A stretch of 57,592 nt of DNA, the filler included, from Thelocarpon superellum (Eukaryota): assembly GCA_026025795.1 (NCBI GenBank). It is 2 parts of 2 records of this genome, joined end to end, with 100 filler letters (N's around TTAATTAATTAA, not from the genome) between each part and the next. Parts side by side here need not be neighbours in the genome. Positions count along the whole stretch, not along the records: positions 1 to 28,756 come from JAPEUG010000231.1; 1 more part is not named here. One strand, written 5' to 3'. Positions 1 to 10,981 of the stretch are shown piece after piece. A program made the translations under genes and the position numbers. The notes beneath the pieces were generated by a model. It was not told where the DNA came from, made no database searches, and was given only the letters and a program-made list of their open reading frames with translations. Within the stretch, counting starts at the first letter, position 1. Each line of letters starts with the position of its first letter.

Positions 1-110
1 TTTCCGTGTCAGGAGCTCGTCTACGAGCCGGATATTATTCATCTCCCAAAATCCACCCAGACCATGGCACGGTGAGCCAGCACGGAGCAGGCACGATGTC
101 ATATCTACTG

Positions 111-2121
111 CTATACAGGCTCGCTGTTCACCTCGTTCGTTCGAGCCATCTCGTTCAACTTCACAATGCCTGGGCTAAGCTTTTGGGAGAAATTGCCCTC
201 GATCGGTCGACGGTTCCCAAGCTGACTTAGGGCGGAAAGGCGGCGCGTGACCTCGAGTCCGGTAGAATTGGCCAAGACTCGGAAGATGCGGATCAAAAAC
301 TGCGCTTCTTCCACCATGTTCTGGGCGCAAAGGGCCAAAAAGCTGTCCTCGGTCGTCAGTGGGGAGCGGGAGAATGCAGAGCTTGAAAAGGGCGGATCAG
401 GGGCGAGAGATGGCGCACCAATGTCGCAGGGGCACCATCAATCCAAGCGCGCCCGGGGTACGCGCTTCCTGCAAGAGGTGATAATCGACACAACGACAGA
501 TCTCTCTCACTGGTTCCAGATATGGTTGATCTTTTCGCGGAAGGGCCAAAGGCTTCTTCTCCTCCGAATCCCGTGTGTCGGACACTTCGCCGGCCTCGAG
601 GCTTTCGAAAGCCAGGGCCAATGTTTGCGCTCCGTAGACGATGCCGCCAATCCCGCGCAGTACAGGCAAAAGGGCGTTGTACAATAGAATCTCATTTGCC
701 GACTCGGCATTGTGAAAGTAGAGGACGGTAGGATAGAGCGGTCGTCCGTGCGCGTCGAGCGTCAGACTAGTCCTGGGATCAACCGGTACCTCAAAGGCCA
801 CCCCATCGTTCTTCGTCTCCCAGTCTCGTCGCCATCGGATCAGTGCTTGTAGAGACGTGGCCATTCGTTTGACCAAGGCAGACTGACGCGCCGACGTGTC
901 CAAGCCCGCGCTTATGTCCTCGTCGATCTCCCTTTGCTCGGCATAATACTCGGGAACATCCACCCAGATATCCACCAGCCGAGTCAGTAGGGAGCGGGAA
1001 GCTCGTGTCGAAGTGAACGGGATCGTCTTCCACTCTTCCTTCGCCAGGAAACACCTCTTACGGTGAATGCCGGCATCGTAAATGATCTGTAATCGAGCCG
1101 CGAGGAAGTATTCGTGATCGGGAGAGCGTTTGAAGGTCGCCGGGCCGCGCACTTCGATCAGTCGGCCAACCCCACCAGCGTGCTGTAGCTGGCCAATCTC
1201 ATTGGTACATGTGACCAGCTCATATAGATGCAAGGCGATTGCCGCCGCCACGTTGGTCGCGTCGTATGCGGTCCGAGGGTCCTCGATCCTTTGCCGCAAC
1301 TGCACCAGAGCTTTCCCATAGAGCGCGGTCCCTTGGATCACCACCGCTTTTGGCTTGCCGTGCATGTCTGGAGAGCGTGAGCAGCGGCCGGGGACGGTAG
1401 AGACGTGTAGCTCACGTGCAAAGTACGCCGCTGCGAGACATTGCAGCGCGGTGAACGACACGTCTCCGGCATCTCCGGCGAGGACTCTGGTGGTCCACTG
1501 CTGGAAAGACTGGTACTGTTGCCGGGTCAGCGCGCGGGATGGCACGTCCCCTCAGGACACACCTTGTCGGCAATGAACCATTTCTGTCTTATGAAAGCAA
1601 TGTAGCGGTCCTAGGCCGGATGGTCAGCCGGAGTGCATCACGTCTCGAAGAATGCAGAACCAACACTGACGGACGCGAATAGACTGAGCGGGCGGCCAGG
1701 GGACGACACGGAGCTGACCGGACGAGGTCCAAGTACCGGGAGAGCGATCGAGCGATCAAGGATCGGCGGCGCTTCGTCATGTGCCACGACTTGCCCCTGC
1801 TCTCCACGACGGCGCGGTCGTATCGGCATTGCACCAGGGCCTGCAGCGCGGCCTTGTGGGAACGCTGACCCTGTCAATGTGATTCACCTTCACTTGACGC
1901 CCAGAAATGGCGCGTAAAGTCTCATACCTTCTTCGATCCATCGTAACGGTCTTTCATAGCCACCACAATGAAGGCGCGCATGTTCACATCGTCTACAGTG
2001 CGGCCGGCGTTCATCTACAAAGGGCTTCAGATGGGGAAGAACGGGATACTCGCGGACGGATCATACCACACTTCACCTTCCTCTCGCGGCAAGTCTTGCA
2101 TCTCCCGGAGCGTACCGACAT
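111..2121 (-). CDS. Zn(II)2Cys6 fungal transcription factor (multi-exon)
   Basis: Splicing exon 2121-2067 to exon 2014-1928 gives MSVRSGRCKTCRERKVKC|DERRPHCRRCEHARLHCGGYERPLRW, a complete six-Cys binuclear cluster. Further GT-AG exons lead into ORF 397-1545 (LYELV..., QHAGGVGRLIEVRGP, RKRCFLAKEEWKTIPF; fungal TF regulatory domain). A last exon ends in ORF 111-338; the acceptor of the last intron is ambiguous. Confidence 0.88.
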
Positions 2122-3207
2122 GTCTCCGTTTCAGCACCGTTCACGACTGTGCCGTACTACAGGTAGTCATGCCGGAAGTGATGGGCAGCCGACTGCGGCT
2201 GTGATGGCTGGTGGGAGGATGGGTTGTCGTTCGCTTCAGGCACTACCAGGGTTGGAACATCGTGGCCCAAGCCACGCTCTCGCCGTGACATAAGCCGCAG
2301 AGGTCTTGTCGTCCCGTCATCAACCTCGGCGTTTGGTCACTGCCAATCAGGCATCATGGGGATGACACGTCGTTGGGCATATCGCGGGATGCAGCTGCGA
2401 GGAGTGTGGCGGATGTAAGGGTCATCAGCCTGTGCAGCGGATGACATTCGGCCCGGGCAAAAGGGCTGTGTCTAGCGAAGAGGGCCACATTTGTCGACGA
2501 GAGAGATGAAAGTCTCAGCCGTTGATGAGCCGGTGGAGACGACTTGATCGTGGAGCTGGTGCGTTTACGAGGATGGGCCACCAGGACCCCGGTCTGGTAG
2601 ATCCAATCACGCCAAGAGAGTCGTGCTCAGTAAACCTCGTGCCATCGCCGAGCTAACGGCCGTGTGCCGCGCCTTTCCACATTTGTATCACGACTGCGAG
2701 CCTAACGTATCGGACCCAGGTCTCTGGGGGCCGCGGAAGCCTCAGGTCGGATCCCAGTGCATCCGCCTTGCCTAGCTGCTCGGAGGCAATGTTGACATCG
2801 AGGCCGGACGTGCTTACCTGCAGGAGTGCAAAGTTACGGGAGCTTGGTGAAATCAGTTCGAGGCTGCCAACCCTCGGATGCTCTCGGCGGGAGCGTCGAT
2901 AAAGTCCCGGCTTCCAAGGAGGGGCCGTGGCAACAGGATAGCATGCCCACGGTGACAAAGGGGATAGCCAGGCCCTACCCCTCAGTATACGTTGGGATTT
3001 TCATCATGCACCAAGCCGGTCTTCTTCGGCGTTCCACGTTGGGCCCGAATACAGGGTCTTGCCGAATTTCTTCTCTCCATTTCTCCGATTGATCTGCTTC
3101 GGCCACTCGCCTTTCCAGGCATCCCGGCCCAGAAGTACGTGCCCTCCCGGCCGATTCCATCGACCCGCTCGTGCCCCCTTTCGCATCTGTTCACGATCAG
3201 ACGAACC

Positions 3208-4832
3208 ATGACGTCCCTCGACGTTGAGGAGGGAGGCCACGGAGGTCAACGCCACTCCTATCTGTTCCGTCGACCACGCGTCTTGCAGTACCATCAGCGA
3301 GGGCGCGAGGTCCGCTATGTCGAGACCAAGACTGGAGACAGCGTGCAGTGGAAGCGTGCGACGGGCGCCACTCCTTCGTCCACCGCCCCGGACCACTCCT
3401 CCAGCGACGACAGTGGCGAAGGATTGGTCAAACAGCGCGAGCACATCGATCTCTTCATCGACCTGACCTTTGTGGGGATTGTCAGCAACCTGAGCGAACA
3501 CTTTAACACGCAGATCTTCTACTCCGACGCTTCGGAAACGGGAGCATCCGCGCCCATCGCTCGTGCCATGATGGAGTTCGTCGTGCTTTTCATATCCACC
3601 TGGCGCTTATGGAATTATCTGCGACGATTCGTCAGTTCCTTCTTCCAAGACGACATCTTTCAGCGCTTCTTTTACTTCTGGATCCTCATGCTTGTGCTGG
3701 TCTGGGGTAATAACGCACCCTATGCCATCGGCGGCGGCCCCGGCGGCACCGTGGCCCTCGTCGTCTTTCTGGTTGCGCGAGCTTCCTTCCTCATAGCCGA
3801 GGCCGGATACAGCTGGTTCATTCCCTGGCTCTGGCCGCAGCTTCTGTTGACGCTGGGTCTAAACGTCCCCGCGGCCGCGCTGTGGATCGGTGCGATCCGG
3901 GCTGATGACTGGCTCCGCATCGGTCTTCTCATGGGAGCCCTCGTCGCCGAACTTGTGGCCACGGCCATGATCGCTTCGCCACTGCTGGATCGCCTTCTGA
4001 ACGATGGCCGGAAGATCTCGCACGATGCTGAGCACTACGCCGTTCGCCTCGAGGCGTTCTTCATCGTCATCTTGGGCGAAGGTGTGATGCTGCTCGCCAA
4101 GGGCAGTCCGTTGGGCCAAGGGATCAGCTATATGACGGGCTCGGGCACGATGGCGTTATCCATCTTCTTCGGCATCTACATGCTCTATTTTCGTGGGGAT
4201 TATAGCCGCAACTATGTGCAGGCAATGCGCCACAGCTGGTGGAAGGATTCCCTCTGGGGCTTGTGAGTCGTCCATTCTAAGGCTGGCCGTTGGCGCGTGG
4301 CTGACCTTCGTTCAGCGCCCACGTGATTCTCTTTGGCAGTCTCTTCCTCCTGGATGTTGCGGTCCTCTCGTTGGTCATCAACGGCGGCGTGTACGCGGAC
4401 CAGTCCGACGCGACAAGTGCCGCTACAGCCGCTCGCGCCGTCCGTGCCAGAGATAGCGCCCCGGATTCGGACAACCTGCTGTATGAGCCGCGCCGAGCGT
4501 TATGGACGGCCTCAGTTTGCCTTGCCATCAGCCTGTCGACCATGAGCTTCATAGCTCTCTTGAACAGGCCACTCATCGAAGCTCGTGCGCTGATGATCAA
4601 CGAGCAGAGACTGCGCCTGCTACCTCGCCTGGCCGTGGCGATCGTGACGGTTTGTCTACCAGCTGCACCGCGACTGACCGGAGGCCTATGGATACGAATC
4701 GAATTTGCCTTGCTGTGTGTCATGATGGTATGGGAGTGGTTCGCGGGATTGCAAAGGGATGCAGGCTTCTTGGAGCCGGCAGATCAAGACCTCCTTTCAA
4801 CCAGCTTGAGCAATCCTCGATCTTCTCGTTAG
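3208..4832 (+). CDS. LtrA (low temperature requirement A) family polytopic membrane protein
   Basis: ATG 3208; intron 4263-4315 (GTGAGT...GCTGAC...CAG) joins ORF 2992-4266 to ORF 4323-4832. Many hydrophobic helices; family-like motifs LFIDLTFVGIVSNL and HYAVRLEAFFIVILGE. Confidence 0.75.
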
Positions 4833-5145
4833 GCGCCGGAGCGGCGTGGGCTTCCGCCGGGCTGTTTGACCATGGCGAGGTTGATAGGTCTTGACACCAG
4901 CATCCACCTCCTCCTCCATGACTCCACGAGGAAATCTTTCTCCAAGTGCGGATCATGTATTCTTCGCGTACATGGTGCGAGTACGAGTAGTAACGATGAA
5001 AGAAGCGAATTATCGTTTGGAGCAGTACGAGTACCACTAGTTATGTGACGGGGCAGCCGCAAGTCGCGCCGACCGGTGGTCCGTCCCGGCCCGCGCGCCC
5101 AAGGCGCCGAGGGGTCGCGTCCGGAGCCGTTGGCCAACGCCGAGC

Positions 5146-5310
5146 AAAAGGCGGCGGGCGGATCGAACCCTCCACATTCGCCTGAATGGTCATGATGCTG
5201 CGCCCTCGACTCATGATATTATTAATCAGCCCCCAAGGTTTTCAGTCAACTCTTCACGATAGCAACCCGTTGGTGATGAAATGAAGTCGCAAAAGACCAA
5301 GGCAGGCAAA
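5146..5310 (-). ncRNA. Candidate structured ncRNA with Pol III B-box-like motif (unassigned)
   Basis: Minus-strand GGTTCGATCC (5169-5160) followed by TTTT (5149-5146), with several short stems (5175-5188; TCATGA pair 5190/5211; CTTCAT/GTGAAG 5286-5252) in an ORF-free interval. No full tRNA cloverleaf. Confidence 0.3.
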
Positions 5311-5814
5311 GTTTGTCCTCCGTATCCTCTGTCCCGTCGTCATATCTCCCTCAAAGACGGCGGCTATCGCGTAACGCAACGAGACACTCTCGTCTACTGA
5401 CTCTCGGAGACTCACTCGTAAGACAAGATGACAATGTGTTTATCTTCTAGGATCATCGAAAGAGCAGCGACCTGTACTGCCTAGAAACGCCCGTCTGAAA
5501 CGTGGTATTTGGTGCCAAGCGGCGTTTGCACAGCGGGGCATCAGAGTCTAATCGCGATAACTAATTCCTCACGCAGACATGCGGCCTCTGCCAATTGGTT
5601 TCGTATTTCCTGAACCAAGTCCCCACGCCGGTTCGGCTCCTCGGCTTATCCGGCCGAAGGCGACCGGCCAAAACTCCGCCATGTCGATGGAGACCGCTGC
5701 CTGACCTGGTCAATGCCCTCGATGAGACAGAAGGAATCGGAAGAGGAAACATGTGAATGTAGTGACAGAGAGTGACACCGGCTCTGCTTCCAGACACTAC
5801 CGTCGCCATTGATC

Positions 5815-6907
5815 TCACCGAAACCCTCCTCGGTCCATCACCATGCCATCGCTGTACAGTCCACGACCATCACGAGCGCCTTCATTGCCCGACCGACCGA
5901 ATCCATATCGTCCATCCTCTAGCTCCACCTCAGCTCGGCGCCGGCCTCGGCTCCCGGGCTCTCGTGGGGCGTTGGTGATGAGGTCGTCCCGGGCGCCAGC
6001 GTCCGCAGGTTTGGCTAGGGGCATCCGTCCAAAGGGAGGTCCCTGCTTTAGGTAGAGGTGGAGCAATCGACCGTCGGCCTGAGCGGCGTTAGCCGGGCGA
6101 AACGTGCCCGATCGCTTCGGGCGCACACGCACCTTTTGGTTGTTGAACGTCGCGATGATCGTCTCCGCTCCCTCTTTGTCGGCAAAGACAATCTCGGCAA
6201 TCACGGTGGGCTGGGCGCTGGTCAATCGACAGCTCAGAATCTCCCCACCATACGGTGCTAGGCTGGCCTGGATGTCGGACGCCGTGGTGCCGGGAGCAAA
6301 GTTGCTGGCCATGACCACAAAAGGGCCCGCCGCGCCCCGGATGGTGATGCCTCGCGAGGCGCCAAGGATGTTGATCTGATCATTCGCCCCACTGACGACC
6401 GAGTCTAATTGTAGAGCGGCATAGAGACGATTGTCGCGTGAGACGCGCGCCGCGTTGCTTCGGGTGGGGAGCTGGGATACGCGAGAAGCCTGAGGGTGAT
6501 TGACCTTGCGCGTGTCGTGAGGCAAACCGGTTTCGAGGTCGGCTTTCAGCTTGGGCGTCGCAGACACGGAACGCTGCAGACCCAAGAGCGGATGGTGAGC
6601 GTGCGGACGTGTCGCAGGGGTGCCAGAATGATGCGGCGAGGATAACGGCAGCGCCACTCATACCTTGGTGATGCCCACGCGACTAGCCAAGGTGGGCAGG
6701 GCAGCAACTTTGCGCTTACCTACGCCTGAACCAGGTGCGCTGGCCCGTCGCCCTTTGCCAAAGATCTCGCTGGCCAAGGCTTCATGCTTCCGGCGTTGGC
6801 GGTCTGGCGAGGGTGAGCTCGGGCACCGCGTGCCGGCTCCCGGGGAAAGACATACCAGCTTTGATAATCTCGTCAAATGACACCACGGGCTGGGCGGGAG
6901 GTGCCAT
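5815..6907 (-). CDS. Conserved fungal protein with C-terminal RRM-like domain
   Basis: Four spliced exons: MAPPAQPVVSFDEIIKA|DRQRRKHEALASEIFGK...GITK|RSVSATPK...NNQK|ADGRLLHLYLK. RRM-like segment VVMASNFAPGTTASDI...VIAEIVFADKEGAETIIATFNNQKADGRLL. Confidence 0.72.
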
Positions 6908-7620
6908 GTGCGCCCGGTCAAGATCTGGCGTGTGGACTGTAGCCTGTGGGGTGCGCGTGCGTGTGCGCGAGGACGAAGATGAACAGACGTTGCAAGTCCG
7001 TGTTAACGGCGTGACTAGCACACGCCCCGGGGGAATCCAGATGCGATGGCCACCCGTGGCTGTGGCTGTGCCGCCTATCTGCCGCGCTCGGAGCTCCAGC
7101 AGATCCTGTGGCTGTGCCGCCGTGTACGAGTAGGCGAGAACGAGCAAGTCCAGGGGAACGCCGTGCCATCGACCTGGCTTGCACACCGTGATCCAGGTAA
7201 CTACCGCCTGACTTTAGACTTACATTACCGACTGAACACTTTCATCGCCGTGGATGGCCTGAGTCATCAGACCCAGCCTATGTATTCTGTAGAACTTGGT
7301 CTATTTCACCTTACCTCCGCCATTTCCACTTCAGATGCTCACAGGCTCACGTCCTCACGCCGCTCCACCCGGGGTCGAGCCCTGGGTCGCTGCCGGGCCG
7401 GCCTAGGAGGAACGGGGACGCCACTCGCAGCGAGTCTCTCGTTTCTCGGGAATTACTCTAGTGTGCCAAAGAATTGCCCGAGCACGGAGCCCTCCCGCAG
7501 AGCTTGGTCGCAGCCCGACGCCACCGCGTCATGGCCCATATTGAGATGGTATACTTGGAGGTAGAATCATGTATCTATGCTGACTGCTGCTCGTGGATCA
7601 AGATCGCTCGCCCTCATCAT

Positions 7621-8680
7621 CTATCGTGTCCCCTGGACAGTAAAGTCAAACCGTCGATCACCTTGGCCGACAGGAATCGGAGCCACGTCCTGGTCGAAAA
7701 GGGTTCGTTCGATAAAGGTGACATGCTGGTGATGATCGACCAGCACGATGGTCTGTTTCTGTGTCCCGTAAATTGGTGAGGTGTCAGCAGCCCTTTCCGT
7801 GTCTGCCCGCTCCAGCATCTCCACGCGCGCATTCGCTGGTGCGGAGGCCCTGTCTTGACGCGCGGTGGCTGCCGGCACAGCAGTCGTGATGGCGGGAACG
7901 AAGATGCTATGTCGCAGCTGTGCCAGGTAGGTCTCAAAGGTATCGCCGGTCTTCCGTCGTGGGAGGGTGTTGGTGTTCAAGACATCAAAAAGTCGCTGAA
8001 TCAGATGTGCCTGGTCCTCAGCCGACTCCACGCTGGCGGCAATGGCCTCCGTTACCAACTTCTTTCCCATCTCGACCTTGGGCCAGGGGTCATCATAGGC
8101 TGAATTGCTTAATCCATAGACCTGGGCACTGGCAGCCGTGATCCACGTCGCGGCTTGTGCATCAGGCGTCCGGTTGCTCAGCACAGCCAGCGGCCTCGGC
8201 TTCCCATCCGCGTCGCGGCCCAATTGGCCACACACCAGAGAGAAGCCGCCCACGCCTTTCAGGCCGGCCGCGTCGTTGCAGAGACGCTCGACGAACATGC
8301 TCGTCGTCTCGGTGGATGCTGGTGCAAGCTGCAACCAAGCATTGACCATGCCGCCACGCGATCGCGTTCCACCCGCCGCGTGTGCTGACGTTTCGTCCTT
8401 CTCGCGAAAGTTGGTCAGGACGGCGATCCGACCTTGACGGGTTACACCGAGCCACGTTCCGTGCTCCGCGCGCATGAGGTCTCGCCCTCCCAAAACTTCA
8501 TGGTTCGGCGAAGGCCACCACGAGGCGGGGGCCGTGGGCCGATCCAGAAATTCCTTGGACCCCTCACATTAGTCCGGATCGGAGACCAGCGCGGCGTCGT
8601 CGCTCATTGCTCACATCGCGGTTGTTGAGCAGAATCAGCGAATATTCTGGATGTTGTGTCGTGATCAGGGCGATGCACAT
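7621..8680 (-). CDS. TANGO2/NRDE family protein (Ntn-hydrolase fold)
   Basis: Exon 8680-8615 MCIALITTQHPEYSLILLNNRD, intron 8614-8554, then EFLDRPT...LGGRD...HGTWLGVTRQGRIAVLTNFRE...SRG...YGLSN...YGT. The NRDE motif is split by the intron; N-terminal Cys2 is present. Confidence 0.92.
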
Positions 8681-9582
8681 GTTGGCCTGAAGCGCATCTC
8701 AAAGCCCCGGTGGTCCGCGGTCTCGGTGGACGACGAATTCAACGTACTCTGGATAAGAATTGAAGCGAAGAGAAGAGCTGACAGAAGTCTCAGGCCCCGC
8801 GTCTGCCGAGACGAGCGACACGCACATGACGACTCTAGGTGCCCACCTCGCTAACTAAAGCACCCTACTTGGCCGGCTTTGCCCGAGCCCTACAGAGAGG
8901 GTGGCAGCTCCGTTGTCTACTTGTGCCTGACCACCTGACCCCAAGACCCCGCTACTGACCATGCATGTCGTCCAGGAGCGGACAGCGGTGCAAGGCAACG
9001 GTGGAAGAAATCAGACGCAACTTTGCTGTTGGATGTGACTCTGCCGGTTTTATTCACAGAAAACATTTGCTTACAGTTTAATCGGGGATGGTCTGAACGG
9101 AGACTACAACGTGGTGTGAGGGCGAAGTGCCTCGTGGCGAGATTGAAGCCAATGTCCGACCACGCTCATAAGGCGAGTGACCAAAGGATTCGCCCTGCAC
9201 GCGTCTGCGATGTGCCAGTTCTCAAGTGTCGGTCAATGTAAGAGTAGAGGGCCGCGCCCTGTCACCTTACCTGAAAGAAACGGAGCCGCTCGCGTTAGTC
9301 TAGGGGACGCGGCTGGCTAGGCATCGGTCGTTTAACCGGGCCACTCGTCGCGACGCATGCATGACAGATGACGAGCGGTCTCTCTAGCCTAGCGTGCGCG
9401 CCGATAATGGAGGATGGAGGAGTTATCGCCCTCGGGAGCACTCGAGGCGATAGTGGGGCAAGACACGTTCCAGCTTGATCAGCAGAGTCTCTGGACTGAT
9501 CCTTTCAACCCATCGCACCGACCTCCATGTGAAGCTCACGATTGATCCACCCGGTCCCGTCTCTCCCAAGATCCCACCCAAC

Positions 9583-10742
9583 ATGTTCGACATCCTCGCC
9601 AAACTGCTATCGTAAGTGCTCCTTGCTCCCCGCGATGCGCCAAGCCCGGGATTAGGCTGGTGCCTGGCAAGATGAGTCGCCACGACTGACTTTCGATAGC
9701 TCCATCGCCACCTTTCTCTTCCCCGTCTTCGCATCCTACAAGGCCCTGAAAGGAAACGATCCTGCACAGCTCACACCATGGCTGATGTACTGGGTCGTGC
9801 TGGCCTGTGGGCTACTGGTGGAGAGCTGGACTGAATGGATCCTCGTCTGGTACGCACATCTGGTGTGGGCCCATCTCGCGGCCACGATCATTGACCCATG
9901 CCCGTCTTGGCAGGTTTCCCTTTTACCCATGGATCCGCGCCTTCACTCTGCTATACCTGGTCATGCCCCAGACCCAAGGCGCGCGTTTCCTCTATCAAAC
10001 CCAGATCCATCCGTTCCTCTCCCGCCACGAAGCAGAGATCGATACCTTCATCACGTCTGCCCATGACCGCGCCCGCGCGGCAGGCCTCCAATACCTCAAG
10101 CAAGCCATCGAGTTGATCAAAGAGCACGTCTTTGGCCTTCCACCGAACAAGCCTACGCCACCACCCGCATCCTATGGTGGCTCCTACGCCCAGACGCTCC
10201 TGGCCCAGTTTAATCTTCCCGCGCGACGTGACGGATATTCCGTGCCGGCGGCGGGGGATTTCTATGACCTCCTCAGCGCCGCGCTAGGGCACGCCATCGC
10301 CTCCAGTCCCATGGGAGAAGCGCGCGCCGAGGATCTCTCCACGAGCGGGACTTTGATTCCGGCCACGATCCGAGGTCGGGAGGACCGGCTGAATTACATC
10401 TCGACGCAGCGAGAACGCCTGCGCGTGCTGTCCCAGGCCCTCGATCACGAGGCCTCCAATATCTCCCGCTCCACCGACGGAGCCCAGGAGTACAATCTCC
10501 CCGGCAGCCTTGCGCCCGAAGGTCTAAGCAGCGCCGCCCTTCGAAGATCGAAGAGCGAGGGCGAGGGCGACTTCGAGCGCGTCGAGCGCGAGGACGTCGG
10601 CGACGAGGGCTCTGTCGCAGCCGGGGGCTGGATGCCTTGGCATTGGGGCGGTAGTGCAAAGGCTCCAGACGCCCACCCTACAACCGCCGAGGGATCCAGC
10701 ACCGCGACGTCCACGGCTGTCGATGCGTCGACCCCCTCTTGA
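9583..10742 (+). CDS. TB2/DP1/HVA22 (REEP) family ER-shaping protein, REEP1-4-like architecture
   Basis: Spliced MFDILAKLLS|SIATFLFPVFASYKALKGNDPAQLTPWLMYWVV...W|FPFYPWIR...MPQTQGARFLYQTQIHPFL (hallmark YKAL, WLMYW, P.TQGA motifs), followed by a long disordered tail. Confidence 0.9.
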
Positions 10743-10981
10743 ACTGCAGCTTCGTCTCGTCCTATTGTACGAGCATCCTAGAAAGGAGGGGCAGGCTGAG
10801 CCTTTATCTTCACCCTGACCGAGTCTATTCCTCGCATGCTACTCTTCGCTATGAAGTATTATCAATGAAAGAATATTCCCTCTTCTTCAGTGAGAGGGGG
10901 GACTCTACGACGATAAAAGAAAGCAATTACCAACATGTTACCGAGATAACAAAGAAAGGAAGGCAAATGACCGGGAGAAAG

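Noticed and set aside
5146..5225. tRNA gene suggested by GGTTCGATCC
   Set aside because: The T-stem has two mismatches, and no acceptor stem, D-arm or anticodon arm could be built; kept only as an unassigned ncRNA candidate.
5245..5460. U3 or C/D snoRNA (GTGATGA at 5273, CTGA at 5397, TAGGATCAT at 5448)
   Set aside because: Elements are in the wrong order for U3, there is no terminal stem, and I recognised no rRNA-complementary guide.
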